Assembly (NCBI GenBank): GCA_025544715.1
Contig: GCA_025544715.1_4109.2
DNA: 64,000 nt
Reading direction: 5' to 3' (one strand)
Source: Escherichia coli
Lineage (GTDB): Bacteria; Pseudomonadota; Gammaproteobacteria; Enterobacterales; Enterobacteriaceae
The notes under the pieces are model-generated. The model saw nothing but the letters and a program-made list of their open reading frames with translations. It did no database searches and was not told the DNA's origin. Below are positions 51,441 through 64,000 of the stretch, one piece after another (position 1 is the stretch's first letter; the number at the start of each line of letters is the position of its first letter). Made by a program: the position numbers and the translations under genes.

Positions 51441-51785
51441 TTACTCCTGATCTTTAGTTTTTGCTCGACGTGGGGCTTTCTTCTCTTCAGAAACCTCAGC
51501 TTCTTGTGATTCGGGCTTAACTTCAAAACTTTCATCATCCCATACTTCCTCAGAACTATGTTCAGTACTATGAAGTTGGTGTTCAGGGATATAATCAGGA
51601 ATTTGCATTTCTCTTTCTTTTTCTTGTATCAACTCTTCACGAGTTTTGATAATTGTTCCACCTGAACCAATTTTATCACCACGTGCGTTTAGATTAGCAT
51701 TACCCAATGCTACCTGATGTTGATTTTGGTACTTGAGCATATCCATGTCAATTGTTGTACCACGATAAGTTGTATGTTTAGACAT
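51441..51785 (-). CDS. hypothetical protein (114 aa)
   Basis: ORF track. Confidence 0.4.
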   Translation of the reverse strand: MSKHTTYRGTTIDMDMLKYQNQHQVALGNANLNARGDKIGSGGTIIKTREELIQEKEREMQIPDYIPEHQLHSTEHSSEEVWDDESFEVKPESQEAEVSEEKKAPRRAKTKDQE

Positions 51786-51848
51786 ATCAAAATCCTTTTA
51801 TTGTATGTGTGATATAAGCCTACAATAAACATTATATCACATGTTTTG

Positions 51849-52391
51849 CTACCATTTCAAAAATTCATTAACATCGAGTTCGTATTTCAATGAATCTACC
51901 ATGTGTAGACCAATCAAAAACAAACAGTATGATGCAACCGAGCTTCCACGCCCTAGACCCCAAAAGATCTCATTTTCTTCCATATAATCAACAAGCCATA
52001 TCATACATCTTAATAGCTTTGTCATATTATAATATTCATATAAATCTAGTTCATACTCAACACGCTTTCGTGCTTCATCTGATGTACATTTTTGTAAGAA
52101 AAAGTCACGTAGATTTATATTGTCGTATACTGGATCATAACGCCAAAGTTCATGATTTTTATCATGCTCGATAGTATAATCCAGCATACGTTGTTCTAAG
52201 CCAAATTTTTTACAGTTATCATTGAATTTCAACCTTTCAGGTTCATCAATTTCCTGCAATTGTAAGTACTGGATATCCGCACCGCAATTGATTGCATAAA
52301 CTACTGCGTTAAGATTACATTTTACATCACCATTGGGACTTATAAATCTGTTTCCTTGTACTTTCATTTTTCTTTTTCTGGGCCTCTTCAT
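51849..52391 (-). CDS. hypothetical protein (180 aa)
   Basis: ORF track. Confidence 0.45.
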   Translation of the reverse strand: MKRPRKRKMKVQGNRFISPNGDVKCNLNAVVYAINCGADIQYLQLQEIDEPERLKFNDNCKKFGLEQRMLDYTIEHDKNHELWRYDPVYDNINLRDFFLQKCTSDEARKRVEYELDLYEYYNMTKLLRCMIWLVDYMEENEIFWGLGRGSSVASYCLFLIGLHMVDSLKYELDVNEFLKW

Positions 52392-52638
52392 TGTCAGTTA
52401 GATAAGAATCCATGTCGAAGATACATGAGTCTTCTTCATCATAAACAGATTTTTCTTTTTGTCCTTGACGAAGTTCTAGTTCAGCATAACATTGATTTAA
52501 CACAGTTTGCATATTACCAATAATCATATCACTCATACCAGCGGCACGGGCTGAAGTTATACGCATTGACTGTTCATTAATTTTCAACTGTAGTTCTTTC
52601 TCCGTCATCCCAGACGGGTCAAAAAACGGATTAAACAT
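52327..52638 (-). CDS. hypothetical protein (103 aa)
   Basis: ORF track; overlaps downstream ORF, start uncertain. Confidence 0.35.
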   Translation of the reverse strand: MFNPFFDPSGMTEKELQLKINEQSMRITSARAAGMSDMIIGNMQTVLNQCYAELELRQGQKEKSVYDEEDSCIFDMDSYLTDNEEAQKKKNESTRKQIYKSQW

Positions 52639-52639
52639 A

Positions 52640-55060
52640 TTAACCTCCTATGTTATTGTTTTGCAATGTAATCACAAATGTATCTGGTACATAATTTACT
52701 GATTCATGTGAAAAGTACCCGAATTCGACAGATGTGATTTCAAACTCTAGACCTACCATTGTACCATGTTCATTATTCTGAAGTAAAGTGTTGAAAAATG
52801 CTTCACCTTTACCTGGCTGACAAAATGCGACTGGGATAATAGGCATGAATTTTTTCTGTATACCATCTTCAATGTATGGGTGATTCATAAATCTTGGAAC
52901 GGTATCAAGCATTTCATCGCTGATACTTGGTATAGCATCAACGTATAGACCACGATTTTGTAAATCAGTTGGATCTTTTACCAAGTTTGTTGTGTCTTCA
53001 CCAATAGCTTGAAAGATATTTTGACGTAGACCAAACAGTTCACCAAGCTGACCATTATCTATTTGAGTATACATACGAGGATTTTTGGATACAGATACTA
53101 AAGAACCTTCAGGTAAAACTTCTCTATATAATAAATCATATTGCAAATTGCCTTGATTGTCAAGTGCTGATATCAATTTATAATTACCCATTACCATTTT
53201 AAATTTTCCATTTGGTATAGTAGAGCCATTTGGATTAATGATACTATTTCGTAATACTTTTTTGATATCCGAAAGATTAGTATATGGGTACGTTTGACTT
53301 AGAAAGTTTTCTTTCAATAACATCCTAGGAACTTTCTGAAGACCATACCTATTATCAGATTGACGGAAAAAAAGTTGATTAGTAAATGATGAAGTACTGA
53401 TACATTTAAACCACTCTCGCTCAAATGCAACAGACGGTAGTACATGTGCACTCAAATAATTCTGACCGAACCCTCTTACAATCTTAAGGTTAAATATTTT
53501 CCTTGCTTCGCCACCTTCAGTACTAAATGCTTTAACATAAAACGATAGTTTAATGTCATCGTTTTCACTAAAGTCAATACTTTTGGCATATGCAGTTCCA
53601 ACAAGATATCCGTCAGGTGTCAAATCTATTCCATACTTCCTAATATCATCACCACCATCTAAAACATACGAAACCTGATTTGAACTATCAGTTTCTATTC
53701 TAGGATAGGTACTGTCTCCAAAATATTCACCAACATGTATAGTTCCTAAATCACTATCAGTAACAAAGTTTATATTATTACCTTCTTCAGCGTTAATCAA
53801 AACCCTGAACATTTTCTGCATACCAATGATATTATCACCAAGAGTAGAGTCATAATATCCCAAATCAATCCAATCACTACTATCATAAACTGGTTTAATT
53901 GACCCATTGTCGTACTCACCACTAATCACATAGGGATATACAACGTTATCTTTTAATTGATATAAATGATTCGGTAGTGGTTTGTCTGCTATAGAATATA
54001 TAGTGTCAATATCTTCAGGACAAACCCACATTTGATATGCCTTATATCTTTGATTGATAGCAAACCTTTCGCTTTCTTCTGTGTATGTACTTAATATATC
54101 AACAATTTCAACTTTGAAATATGCATCACACGCATCTGAATCATATAAAAATGTTTGTAGTAATTGTCCATTAGGGTTAAAAACCATACCTGAATCAATT
54201 AAATTACCATTTCTATTTTGAATATTAACTTTTACTTCTTTGTTTATGCCAGAAATAGGCCATGTTGGTTGTGCTGGTTTAAATACGGCATAATCATTAG
54301 TAATATGTTTATCTGGAACTTCAGATATATCCATGTCAATCAAACGATATGCAGGAAAGAATACACGAGGGGTAATATCGGTAGTCATGTCAGTACCGAG
54401 TATAAAAGGTCTTCTTCTCCCAAACCCTTGAACAAACAATGTACTGTTCGAACCATACTCAACATCACCAATACAATAAAGTTTTTTGTCATCACCAATC
54501 TCAACTCCAGGTGTAACCCAAACTTCCTGACTATCATATGTTATTGAAGTATCTGTTAATCCTAAAACTCCACTTGGTGAAATATTCCCAAAATACATAA
54601 CATTTACTGCTTGTAAATAAAAATTTATATTTTCAGTATTATTATATGTTCCGTCATTTTTACAATGAATTTTTATAAAATAAACATCTTCAGTATTAGT
54701 ACTTGAGGATAAGTTAAATTCTGTTTTGCTAATCTTACACTTATGCTTACCATTTACTAGTTTATTTCCAGTTGTTCCATCTGAAATAGGAATAAAACTA
54801 TTTTCGTCATTACCAACATAAAAAGTATAATGTGGTTCTGGATCAAATACAGCACCTGAACTATCCAAGCATTGTATATTAAGAATCATCTCTAAGTATT
54901 CATCTTCGTTTAATACATAGCTATCATCCGTTGTGCTTTCTTTATTGATACTCAAACGCACAAGAATGTCTTGTCCTTCTTGTATATATCGAGCATCGGC
55001 TTTTATATCCCAACGTGGGGTAAAAGTTGTCATTATAATTCTCCATAGCCAAGCTGCCAT
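52640..55060 (-). CDS. large hypothetical protein, possibly structural (806 aa)
   Basis: long uninterrupted ORF rich in N, G, T, Y, D. Confidence 0.6.
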   Translation of the reverse strand: MAAWLWRIIMTTFTPRWDIKADARYIQEGQDILVRLSINKESTTDDSYVLNEDEYLEMILNIQCLDSSGAVFDPEPHYTFYVGNDENSFIPISDGTTGNKLVNGKHKCKISKTEFNLSSSTNTEDVYFIKIHCKNDGTYNNTENINFYLQAVNVMYFGNISPSGVLGLTDTSITYDSQEVWVTPGVEIGDDKKLYCIGDVEYGSNSTLFVQGFGRRRPFILGTDMTTDITPRVFFPAYRLIDMDISEVPDKHITNDYAVFKPAQPTWPISGINKEVKVNIQNRNGNLIDSGMVFNPNGQLLQTFLYDSDACDAYFKVEIVDILSTYTEESERFAINQRYKAYQMWVCPEDIDTIYSIADKPLPNHLYQLKDNVVYPYVISGEYDNGSIKPVYDSSDWIDLGYYDSTLGDNIIGMQKMFRVLINAEEGNNINFVTDSDLGTIHVGEYFGDSTYPRIETDSSNQVSYVLDGGDDIRKYGIDLTPDGYLVGTAYAKSIDFSENDDIKLSFYVKAFSTEGGEARKIFNLKIVRGFGQNYLSAHVLPSVAFEREWFKCISTSSFTNQLFFRQSDNRYGLQKVPRMLLKENFLSQTYPYTNLSDIKKVLRNSIINPNGSTIPNGKFKMVMGNYKLISALDNQGNLQYDLLYREVLPEGSLVSVSKNPRMYTQIDNGQLGELFGLRQNIFQAIGEDTTNLVKDPTDLQNRGLYVDAIPSISDEMLDTVPRFMNHPYIEDGIQKKFMPIIPVAFCQPGKGEAFFNTLLQNNEHGTMVGLEFEITSVEFGYFSHESVNYVPDTFVITLQNNNIGG

Positions 55061-55121
55061 TATCTATAGATTATTTATATAAAGGACAAGGAAGACCCAG
55101 TAAGGTCTTCCATAAAATATA

Positions 55122-56534
55122 TCAATTGTCTGATTTAGGAGTAAAATCAATCTTTCTTAGTTCTTTAAGTTCAGATTTATAAATGTCCCAAATTAGGTCA
55201 TGATTAGATAATAGTTCATTATACTTATCCATCAAATCAAGATTATCTTGAATATCTTGTAGTACTGATTGATAATTATCTTGTGTCCAGCGATATGATG
55301 GGAAGTTTACAATGCTTTGAATATTCTCGTCAGTTGCTTCAATTTCTGCATTTAATGATTTAACAAATTCCACCATTTCTGCACGGTTTGCAAACCCTTT
55401 CACCTTAGCAATCATATCATTATCAAAGCATTCCTTGATTAGAATTTTGTATCGAACCTCAGCGGCACAATCATCAAGTTTCTTTTCATAACGCTTGATG
55501 TAATACTTGAAACGAAAATCAACGAAGTCTTTAATCAAATCCATTGTTGTATCGTAAACTTTTACTTTACCATTTTCACCAAGAACCGTTAAATGTTGAG
55601 TCATTTTTTTGTTAATACCAAAATACTCAATAACATCCATTTCTGACCATTTAGCTGATGTACCACGAGGAAGTTTAATGGTGATATCAATTATATCAGT
55701 ACTGTCATTGTCATAGTCACGAATCTCACCATCATCACTCATTTTAATGAGTTTTTCGATGAATTTCTCAATACTATAATTAGGTGGTAAACCTGTCACC
55801 TTAACCGTACTTGCATCGATTACTTCAGCTTTACCATAAAACTCATACTTATTTTCATCCAGTTTTGTTACTACATCACTTGCCCCACATGATACATAAT
55901 ATGGTGTCATTTCTTTTAGTGGTTTTTTATCAATAGCACGAATACAATTATCAATAATATCTTCAATTTTATGTGGTAGAATTGTACTCTTATACCCTAC
56001 TGACATACTATCATTACCAAATAATGACAGTGGGATAATAGGTAAAAAGTGAACAGGTTCAAATGTGGTCCCGTCATAGTTCTCTTTCATTGGGATAATG
56101 TCAGCATCACGTAAAACGAGCATTTCAGTACTCTTATTCTTTTTAACATAAGTGTAACGAGCAGATGCTGGGGTACTGTTTACTTGTGTACCAAAACCAC
56201 CACGTTTTCCAATAAGAGGATAGTTGTTGGCTACTGGAGATGCTAGATTCTGAAGTGTTCCAGATGCTGACGTGTCCCCATGAAGATAGATACCATCACT
56301 AATCATTTTTCCAGCACATGATACTGTTTTAATTTCCCCACTAATTTTAGATAATGTGAAGATTGCTTTACGTTGTGAACTCTTTAGACCATCAATTCCA
56401 GGAATAGCACGGTCTAGTGTATACATCGAATATTCTAGTGATGTTGTATTCACATAATCAGAACTGTTATAATCTAGTAGAGTTAGTGTTTGGTTATCGA
56501 TATTATGATTTTCTGTTTTTTTACTTTTAGCCAT
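55122..56534 (-). CDS. DNA topoisomerase II medium subunit, T4 gp52-like (470 aa)
   Basis: YTLDRAIPGIDGLKSSQRK ... NYPLIGKRGGFGTQ matches recalled gp52/GyrA-type N-terminal region. Confidence 0.8.
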   Translation of the reverse strand: MAKSKKTENHNIDNQTLTLLDYNSSDYVNTTSLEYSMYTLDRAIPGIDGLKSSQRKAIFTLSKISGEIKTVSCAGKMISDGIYLHGDTSASGTLQNLASPVANNYPLIGKRGGFGTQVNSTPASARYTYVKKNKSTEMLVLRDADIIPMKENYDGTTFEPVHFLPIIPLSLFGNDSMSVGYKSTILPHKIEDIIDNCIRAIDKKPLKEMTPYYVSCGASDVVTKLDENKYEFYGKAEVIDASTVKVTGLPPNYSIEKFIEKLIKMSDDGEIRDYDNDSTDIIDITIKLPRGTSAKWSEMDVIEYFGINKKMTQHLTVLGENGKVKVYDTTMDLIKDFVDFRFKYYIKRYEKKLDDCAAEVRYKILIKECFDNDMIAKVKGFANRAEMVEFVKSLNAEIEATDENIQSIVNFPSYRWTQDNYQSVLQDIQDNLDLMDKYNELLSNHDLIWDIYKSELKELRKIDFTPKSDN

Positions 56535-56584
56535 TCCATTGTCTCTTGGTAAAAGGGGAACACCATGTTCCCCATTAGTCTATA

Positions 56585-58549
56585 TTATTCCATCCAGTTC
56601 TTACGATCATCTGCACGTTTCTTGTTGAAAATCAAATCAAGAGTTTCACCAAGACGTCCATCATCGGTGATCGCTACTGCAACACTGTTAGTGAATGCAT
56701 CACGGAAGTTTGCTTTTTCTAACGTACCCAATCCTTTAGCACGGGTTGCTTTCCAGCCTTTCCAATCATCTGGGTTATATTCATGCACATTATGACCATA
56801 GTAGTATTTTGATTCTTTACCTTTCTCAAGAATGATAAATGGTGTTTTGAATACATACACAAATGGATTTTCTGGGTCTTGAAACAATTCAGGCCAGAAT
56901 TTAAATAAGAAGTTACACACTAGAGCACCAATGTTCTTCCCATCTTCATCTTCATCAGCACAGATGTAAAGCTTACCATAGTTTAGTTCTGAACGTTCTG
57001 CTTTAACACCTGGAACTAAGTTGATACTAGCCATTATATCATGCAACGCCATTGAATCCATTAATTCTTTGGTTTTCTCAGTACCACTGACGTTCATAAT
57101 TTTCCCACGCAATGGTAGAATACCATGAATACTTGGTATACGAGCACTAGCCATGTTGGAAATTGCAGAGTCACCTTCTGCAATCAATAGAATACACTGT
57201 GAACGGTCTGTTCCAGTACTATCCAATAGTTTTGCAACTTTACCTTTCAGTAGTTTCTTTGCTAGACGGCGGTCTTCTTCTGCATCTTTCTTATTTGTAC
57301 GGGCAGCACAACGTTCAAAGATTTCATCAACCCATTCCTTGTTCTTCTTAACTAATTCATCAAACCATTCGGTATTCATAGCTTGTTGAATAGGACGGAT
57401 TACGTTTTCATTAGTTAGTTTAGATTTAATCTGTGAGTTGAATGAAGGTGCTTTCATAGTTGTGACATTATAAATCAACAAACCTTCTTCAATATCAGAA
57501 CGATTAGGTTTCATCCTACGTTTCTTAGATTCTTTCTCTAGTGCAGTTCCTACACCGAGTGAGAAGAATTTCTTGAATGTATCAAGATGTGTACCACCAT
57601 CAAATGCAGGAGCATTGTTAACCAACCCATGCATATGGAAATTTGTGTTCATGCCAGCTACTGCATTAGGAACAATATAAAAAGTACTGTTAAAATTGAA
57701 TGAATCATCTTTAACATTCAACTGCATTAATTTAGATGCATTGAAGAGTGCTTTTTCAGTGTTCCCTTTAATAGCAATACGTTTCCCGTTCAGAAAGATT
57801 TTATAAGTTGGGTTAGCTGCTGCCATTTCTTTAAGAATACTATAAAGTAATTCGGTTGGTAGTTTTCTGTTTGGAAAAACTTCTTTACTCAAAGTAAAAC
57901 GAATTGTTGTTCCAGTTTTATCGGTTTGTACCTTTCTAATAGTAGGTTCATGTACATGAAGCTCAGGGAACATAATAGTTCCTTCCTCAAACTTCTGATT
58001 GAACTTATAAAACCCATCATAACCATCATTACTACTTTGTGTTTTATACGGACGACCTTGGCGATGAATTTCCAACTCTGCCTTAGAACTGACAATCATT
58101 GCAACAGAACCACCTAAACCATTCTGACCAATCGTTTCATCACGTTTTGAATCGTCAAAGTTACGGCCTGTTTTTGTTTCAGTCATTACCATAGTACACA
58201 AGTTTTTCTGATACTCTGGAACATAATCAATTGGAATACCACGTCCATTGTCACTAATTTCAAATGATAGTTCTTCTTCATTGAAATCAACTTTCAAAAC
58301 AGGTTCTTTGGTTCCAGCTTTTTTAAATTCATCTAAGCTGTTATCAATAATTTCACGTGTAGCAGTAAGAATTGCAGGAACCCATTCTACGTTCTTAACC
58401 TCATATCCTGATTCGCCAAAAATCAGTACTTGACTTTCATGTACTGAACGAGAACCAAGGTACATCTCGGTACGTAAACGAGCATGTTGATAATCATTTA
58501 GTCGTTGAACATCATGTTCCTGTAGAACAGCACTTTCTTTTTTAGCCAT
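56585..58549 (-). CDS. DNA topoisomerase II large (ATPase) subunit, continuous gp39/gp60-like (654 aa)
   Basis: GHKL ATPase motifs EIIDNSLDEF and DNGRGIP, Toprim ILLIAEGDSA; single uninterrupted ORF. Confidence 0.85.
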   Translation of the reverse strand: MAKKESAVLQEHDVQRLNDYQHARLRTEMYLGSRSVHESQVLIFGESGYEVKNVEWVPAILTATREIIDNSLDEFKKAGTKEPVLKVDFNEEELSFEISDNGRGIPIDYVPEYQKNLCTMVMTETKTGRNFDDSKRDETIGQNGLGGSVAMIVSSKAELEIHRQGRPYKTQSSNDGYDGFYKFNQKFEEGTIMFPELHVHEPTIRKVQTDKTGTTIRFTLSKEVFPNRKLPTELLYSILKEMAAANPTYKIFLNGKRIAIKGNTEKALFNASKLMQLNVKDDSFNFNSTFYIVPNAVAGMNTNFHMHGLVNNAPAFDGGTHLDTFKKFFSLGVGTALEKESKKRRMKPNRSDIEEGLLIYNVTTMKAPSFNSQIKSKLTNENVIRPIQQAMNTEWFDELVKKNKEWVDEIFERCAARTNKKDAEEDRRLAKKLLKGKVAKLLDSTGTDRSQCILLIAEGDSAISNMASARIPSIHGILPLRGKIMNVSGTEKTKELMDSMALHDIMASINLVPGVKAERSELNYGKLYICADEDEDGKNIGALVCNFLFKFWPELFQDPENPFVYVFKTPFIILEKGKESKYYYGHNVHEYNPDDWKGWKATRAKGLGTLEKANFRDAFTNSVAVAITDDGRLGETLDLIFNKKRADDRKNWME

Positions 58550-58648
58550 TTGAATTCCTTATCATGTCTCTTTGTCATAAAACATTGTATCACCAATGTT
58601 TTGTTTGTCTCAAAAAAAAATATCGGAACGATTTGTCCCGATATATTA

Positions 58649-59439
58649 TTATTTTACTAACATAAGTTGAAGTTCAGCACTCGGACTTGATTCATCATCA
58701 CTCCAGTACTTATGAACTTTATCTGGACTCGCCTTAGCAAGAACTTCACCACCACCAACAATATAAACTTGGTGTGAACCAATTAAACGGGTCCAGAATT
58801 TAATTGCATCATCAGTATGAAGACTATCACTAAGCACTTTAATACCATGTGATACCATATCCATAAAGATATTATAAATTATACCTTTAGTGCCTGTTTT
58901 AGAGGCAGTAGCAGCAATCTCGAAGACGTTTTGAACTCCAAGTACTGCATCATTAGATAAATGCCCACTGACGATAGCAAGCTGTTTACCAGCCTTATCG
59001 TAAGCAATAAAACCAGTACCATTTTTATTCATATACACATCATAATCTTTGTGTTCAGCGAACTTAACCATATTGTGTTTACCAGTCATTTCAGCAGTTT
59101 TATCAACAAACTCATCTCTATTTTGACCTTGAAAACTATCGAAACGTTGTGGCATTTCATTCAATTTATCTTTATCGTCTTCACATGAATCCATTATATC
59201 ACAAGTTCGGTCTTCAGTATCAGCTAATTCTGCATCTTGAACAATATCAACTAAACTACGCATACTTGCTTCTTTTACTTTATTAGGAAGTTTAGAACTT
59301 TTTTTAAGATTACCTTCCTTTTCATCAGCGGCATTCCACTCTTTCGCTGCACTTTGGGAAATTCCAGCTTTTTTTGCAAATTCTGGATTATGTGCTGCTG
59401 CGGCAAAGAATTTGGCTTGACTTTTACTTTTACTTGGCA

Positions 59440-59440
<1 letters not shown>
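58649..59440 (-). CDS. hypothetical protein (263 aa)
   Basis: ORF track. Confidence 0.5.
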
Positions 59441-61583
<2,143 letters not shown>

Positions 61584-61617
61584 ATATATCTAATCTTGGA
61601 GTTTTTAAGTCTATATT

Positions 61618-62680
<1,063 letters not shown>

Positions 62681-62749
62681 GTAATAAAAGCTCCAATATG
62701 ATTTTAATGTTTTGTTCGATAGTAATTATAGGATAGAACATTAGTTCTG

Positions 62750-62944
62750 TCAAGCACTATCATTGTGTTTTTTAATTGCTTCACAGATTGCTTGAACTTG
62801 AACAAGATAAGTTTTTGCAAATTCTGCTTGGGTTCGCACACGTGGATTTGGTGCGTCTTTGATCATAAGTTCTAGGTCATAAACTACCTTATCAAAAACT
62901 CCCTTGTCTTCAATAATACGATCATAAAATGTTTTGTCAGTCAT
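62750..62944 (-). CDS. hypothetical protein (64 aa)
   Basis: ORF track. Confidence 0.35.
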   Translation of the reverse strand: MTDKTFYDRIIEDKGVFDKVVYDLELMIKDAPNPRVRTQAEFAKTYLVQVQAICEAIKKHNDSA

Positions 62945-62967
62945 GTCAAGAACTCCATGTTATAAAA

Positions 62968-63558
62968 TTATAATTTAACGTAAGATACTACTGATGCATC
63001 AGTAACTGAAGGAACATTAAGATACACGTTCTCATATTCAATAAAATCAACAGTACTTGTAGTAAGTGCGTTCTTGATTCTCTGAATGGTTTTTTGTACA
63101 GTTATTTCTTCATTTACGATAGCATTAGTACCGTCACCTTTCAATGAATCATTGATTAGTTTTTGAATTATTTCAGCAGCTTTTGCAGTTTTCATATCTT
63201 CAGTAGTTAGTGCAGCTTGGTCAGCAACACTCAAAGTACTAAGAAAAGGTTGATAACTAATATATCCAACGGTGATTGTTGCACCAGTTGGAATCGTTTT
63301 TGCAGTTCCTGGTGTAGCAAATTCAACATTGCTATAAACTGGTACTGAATAAGTTGAAAGCAAACGAGAAAGTTGTAGGTAACGCAAAAGTGCAATTGAC
63401 TTATCAATAGTTTGCTGGTCAGTCGGTGCGGTTGTTGGGGAAGATGAATCATAATCACCATACATATAATATGGGATATTATCTAGGTTCGTCCCTGCAA
63501 CTTCAATTTTAAATACTTGTAGTAGATTGTTCATTGTATATTCTTCTCCATAATACAA
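62968..63558 (-). CDS. hypothetical protein (196 aa)
   Basis: ORF track; Thr/Ser-rich. Confidence 0.45.
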   Translation of the reverse strand: MYYGEEYTMNNLLQVFKIEVAGTNLDNIPYYMYGDYDSSSPTTAPTDQQTIDKSIALLRYLQLSRLLSTYSVPVYSNVEFATPGTAKTIPTGATITVGYISYQPFLSTLSVADQAALTTEDMKTAKAAEIIQKLINDSLKGDGTNAIVNEEITVQKTIQRIKNALTTSTVDFIEYENVYLNVPSVTDASVVSYVKL

Positions 63559-63617
63559 AACACTTTTGATTATTTATTATTAAAAATCAAAAATATTTAC
63601 GTATAACATTTAGTCTT

Positions 63618-64000
63618 TTAGAATCGTGCATTTTGCCTCAACATAACACTATAGCGTGGGCGTGTCATGGCAGTGTATAAAATTCTACACTTAGTATCAT
63701 TTGTACCAATACGTTCAATAAAATCAGTATCAAACCAAATGTTATCAAAAGTACTTCCTTGTGATTTATGAACAGTGGTTGCATAAGGATAATTGATGAT
63801 ATGTAATTTGTTCTTAATTACATAGTAATCCTGCCACATATATGGTTTCTTTGTCAATGGATTTATTTCTTTTTTCTCAATATCCTTAACAAGTTTATCA
63901 AGTTTTTCGTCCATTGCAATTCTTGTTTCTGGTCCTACACCTAAAATATAACTACCATTAGGTAAACGGAATTGCCAACAATCTATTCCCATGAAACTTT
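63618..64000 (-). CDS. Dda/RecD-like DNA helicase, C-terminal part (gene continues beyond window)
   Basis: ATTVHKSQGSTFDNIW and LYTAMTRPRYSV are typical SF1 helicase C-terminal motifs. Confidence 0.55.
   Translation of the reverse strand, partial: SFMGIDCWQFRLPNGSYILGVGPETRIAMDEKLDKLVKDIEKKEINPLTKKPYMWQDYYVIKNKLHIINYPYATTVHKSQGSTFDNIWFDTDFIERIGTNDTKCRILYTAMTRPRYSVMLRQNARF

Noticed and set aside
51849-52391. DnaE-like GLGRGSS motif at the C-terminus of a 180-aa ORF
   Set aside because: A single short motif with no surrounding polymerase context; too weak to annotate.
56585-58549. T4-style gene 60 translational bypass element
   Set aside because: The large subunit is one uninterrupted ORF; no in-frame stop or hop is needed.

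Overview
AT-rich 64-kb window with the architecture of a large virulent tailed-phage genome (T4-like or a more distant/jumbo relative), not a bacterial chromosome. About 150 short, tightly packed ORFs lie almost all on the minus strand, often with ATGA stop/start overlaps, and only one convincing plus-strand gene (12908-14062). Recognised by motif, from memory only (no searches run): T4 gp44-like clamp loader, topoisomerase II gp52-like and a continuous gp39/60-like subunit, GroES-like co-chaperonin, C5-cytosine methyltransferase, DEDDh exonuclease, HAD hydrolase, two HNH endonucleases, a sigma-70-family factor, an IF3 homologue, ClpS-like and HslV-like proteins, and the C-terminus of a Dda-like helicase at the right edge. 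There are six tRNA genes plus a truncated tRNA-like element, interleaved with small ORFs and sigma70-consensus promoters. The most striking signal is an expanded family of at least 20 small paralogues sharing a C-terminal EE-x-F-F-Q-x-S-T-V-type motif, in three tandem arrays; I recognise no known family for it. Also notable: strong over-representation of the palindrome AGTACT, a tandem family of 54-58 aa MTHEEW ORFs among the tRNAs, and two ORF-free GC-richer segments that may be structured RNAs. Most ORFs remain hypothetical; coordinates of promoters, terminators and tRNAs were worked out by hand.
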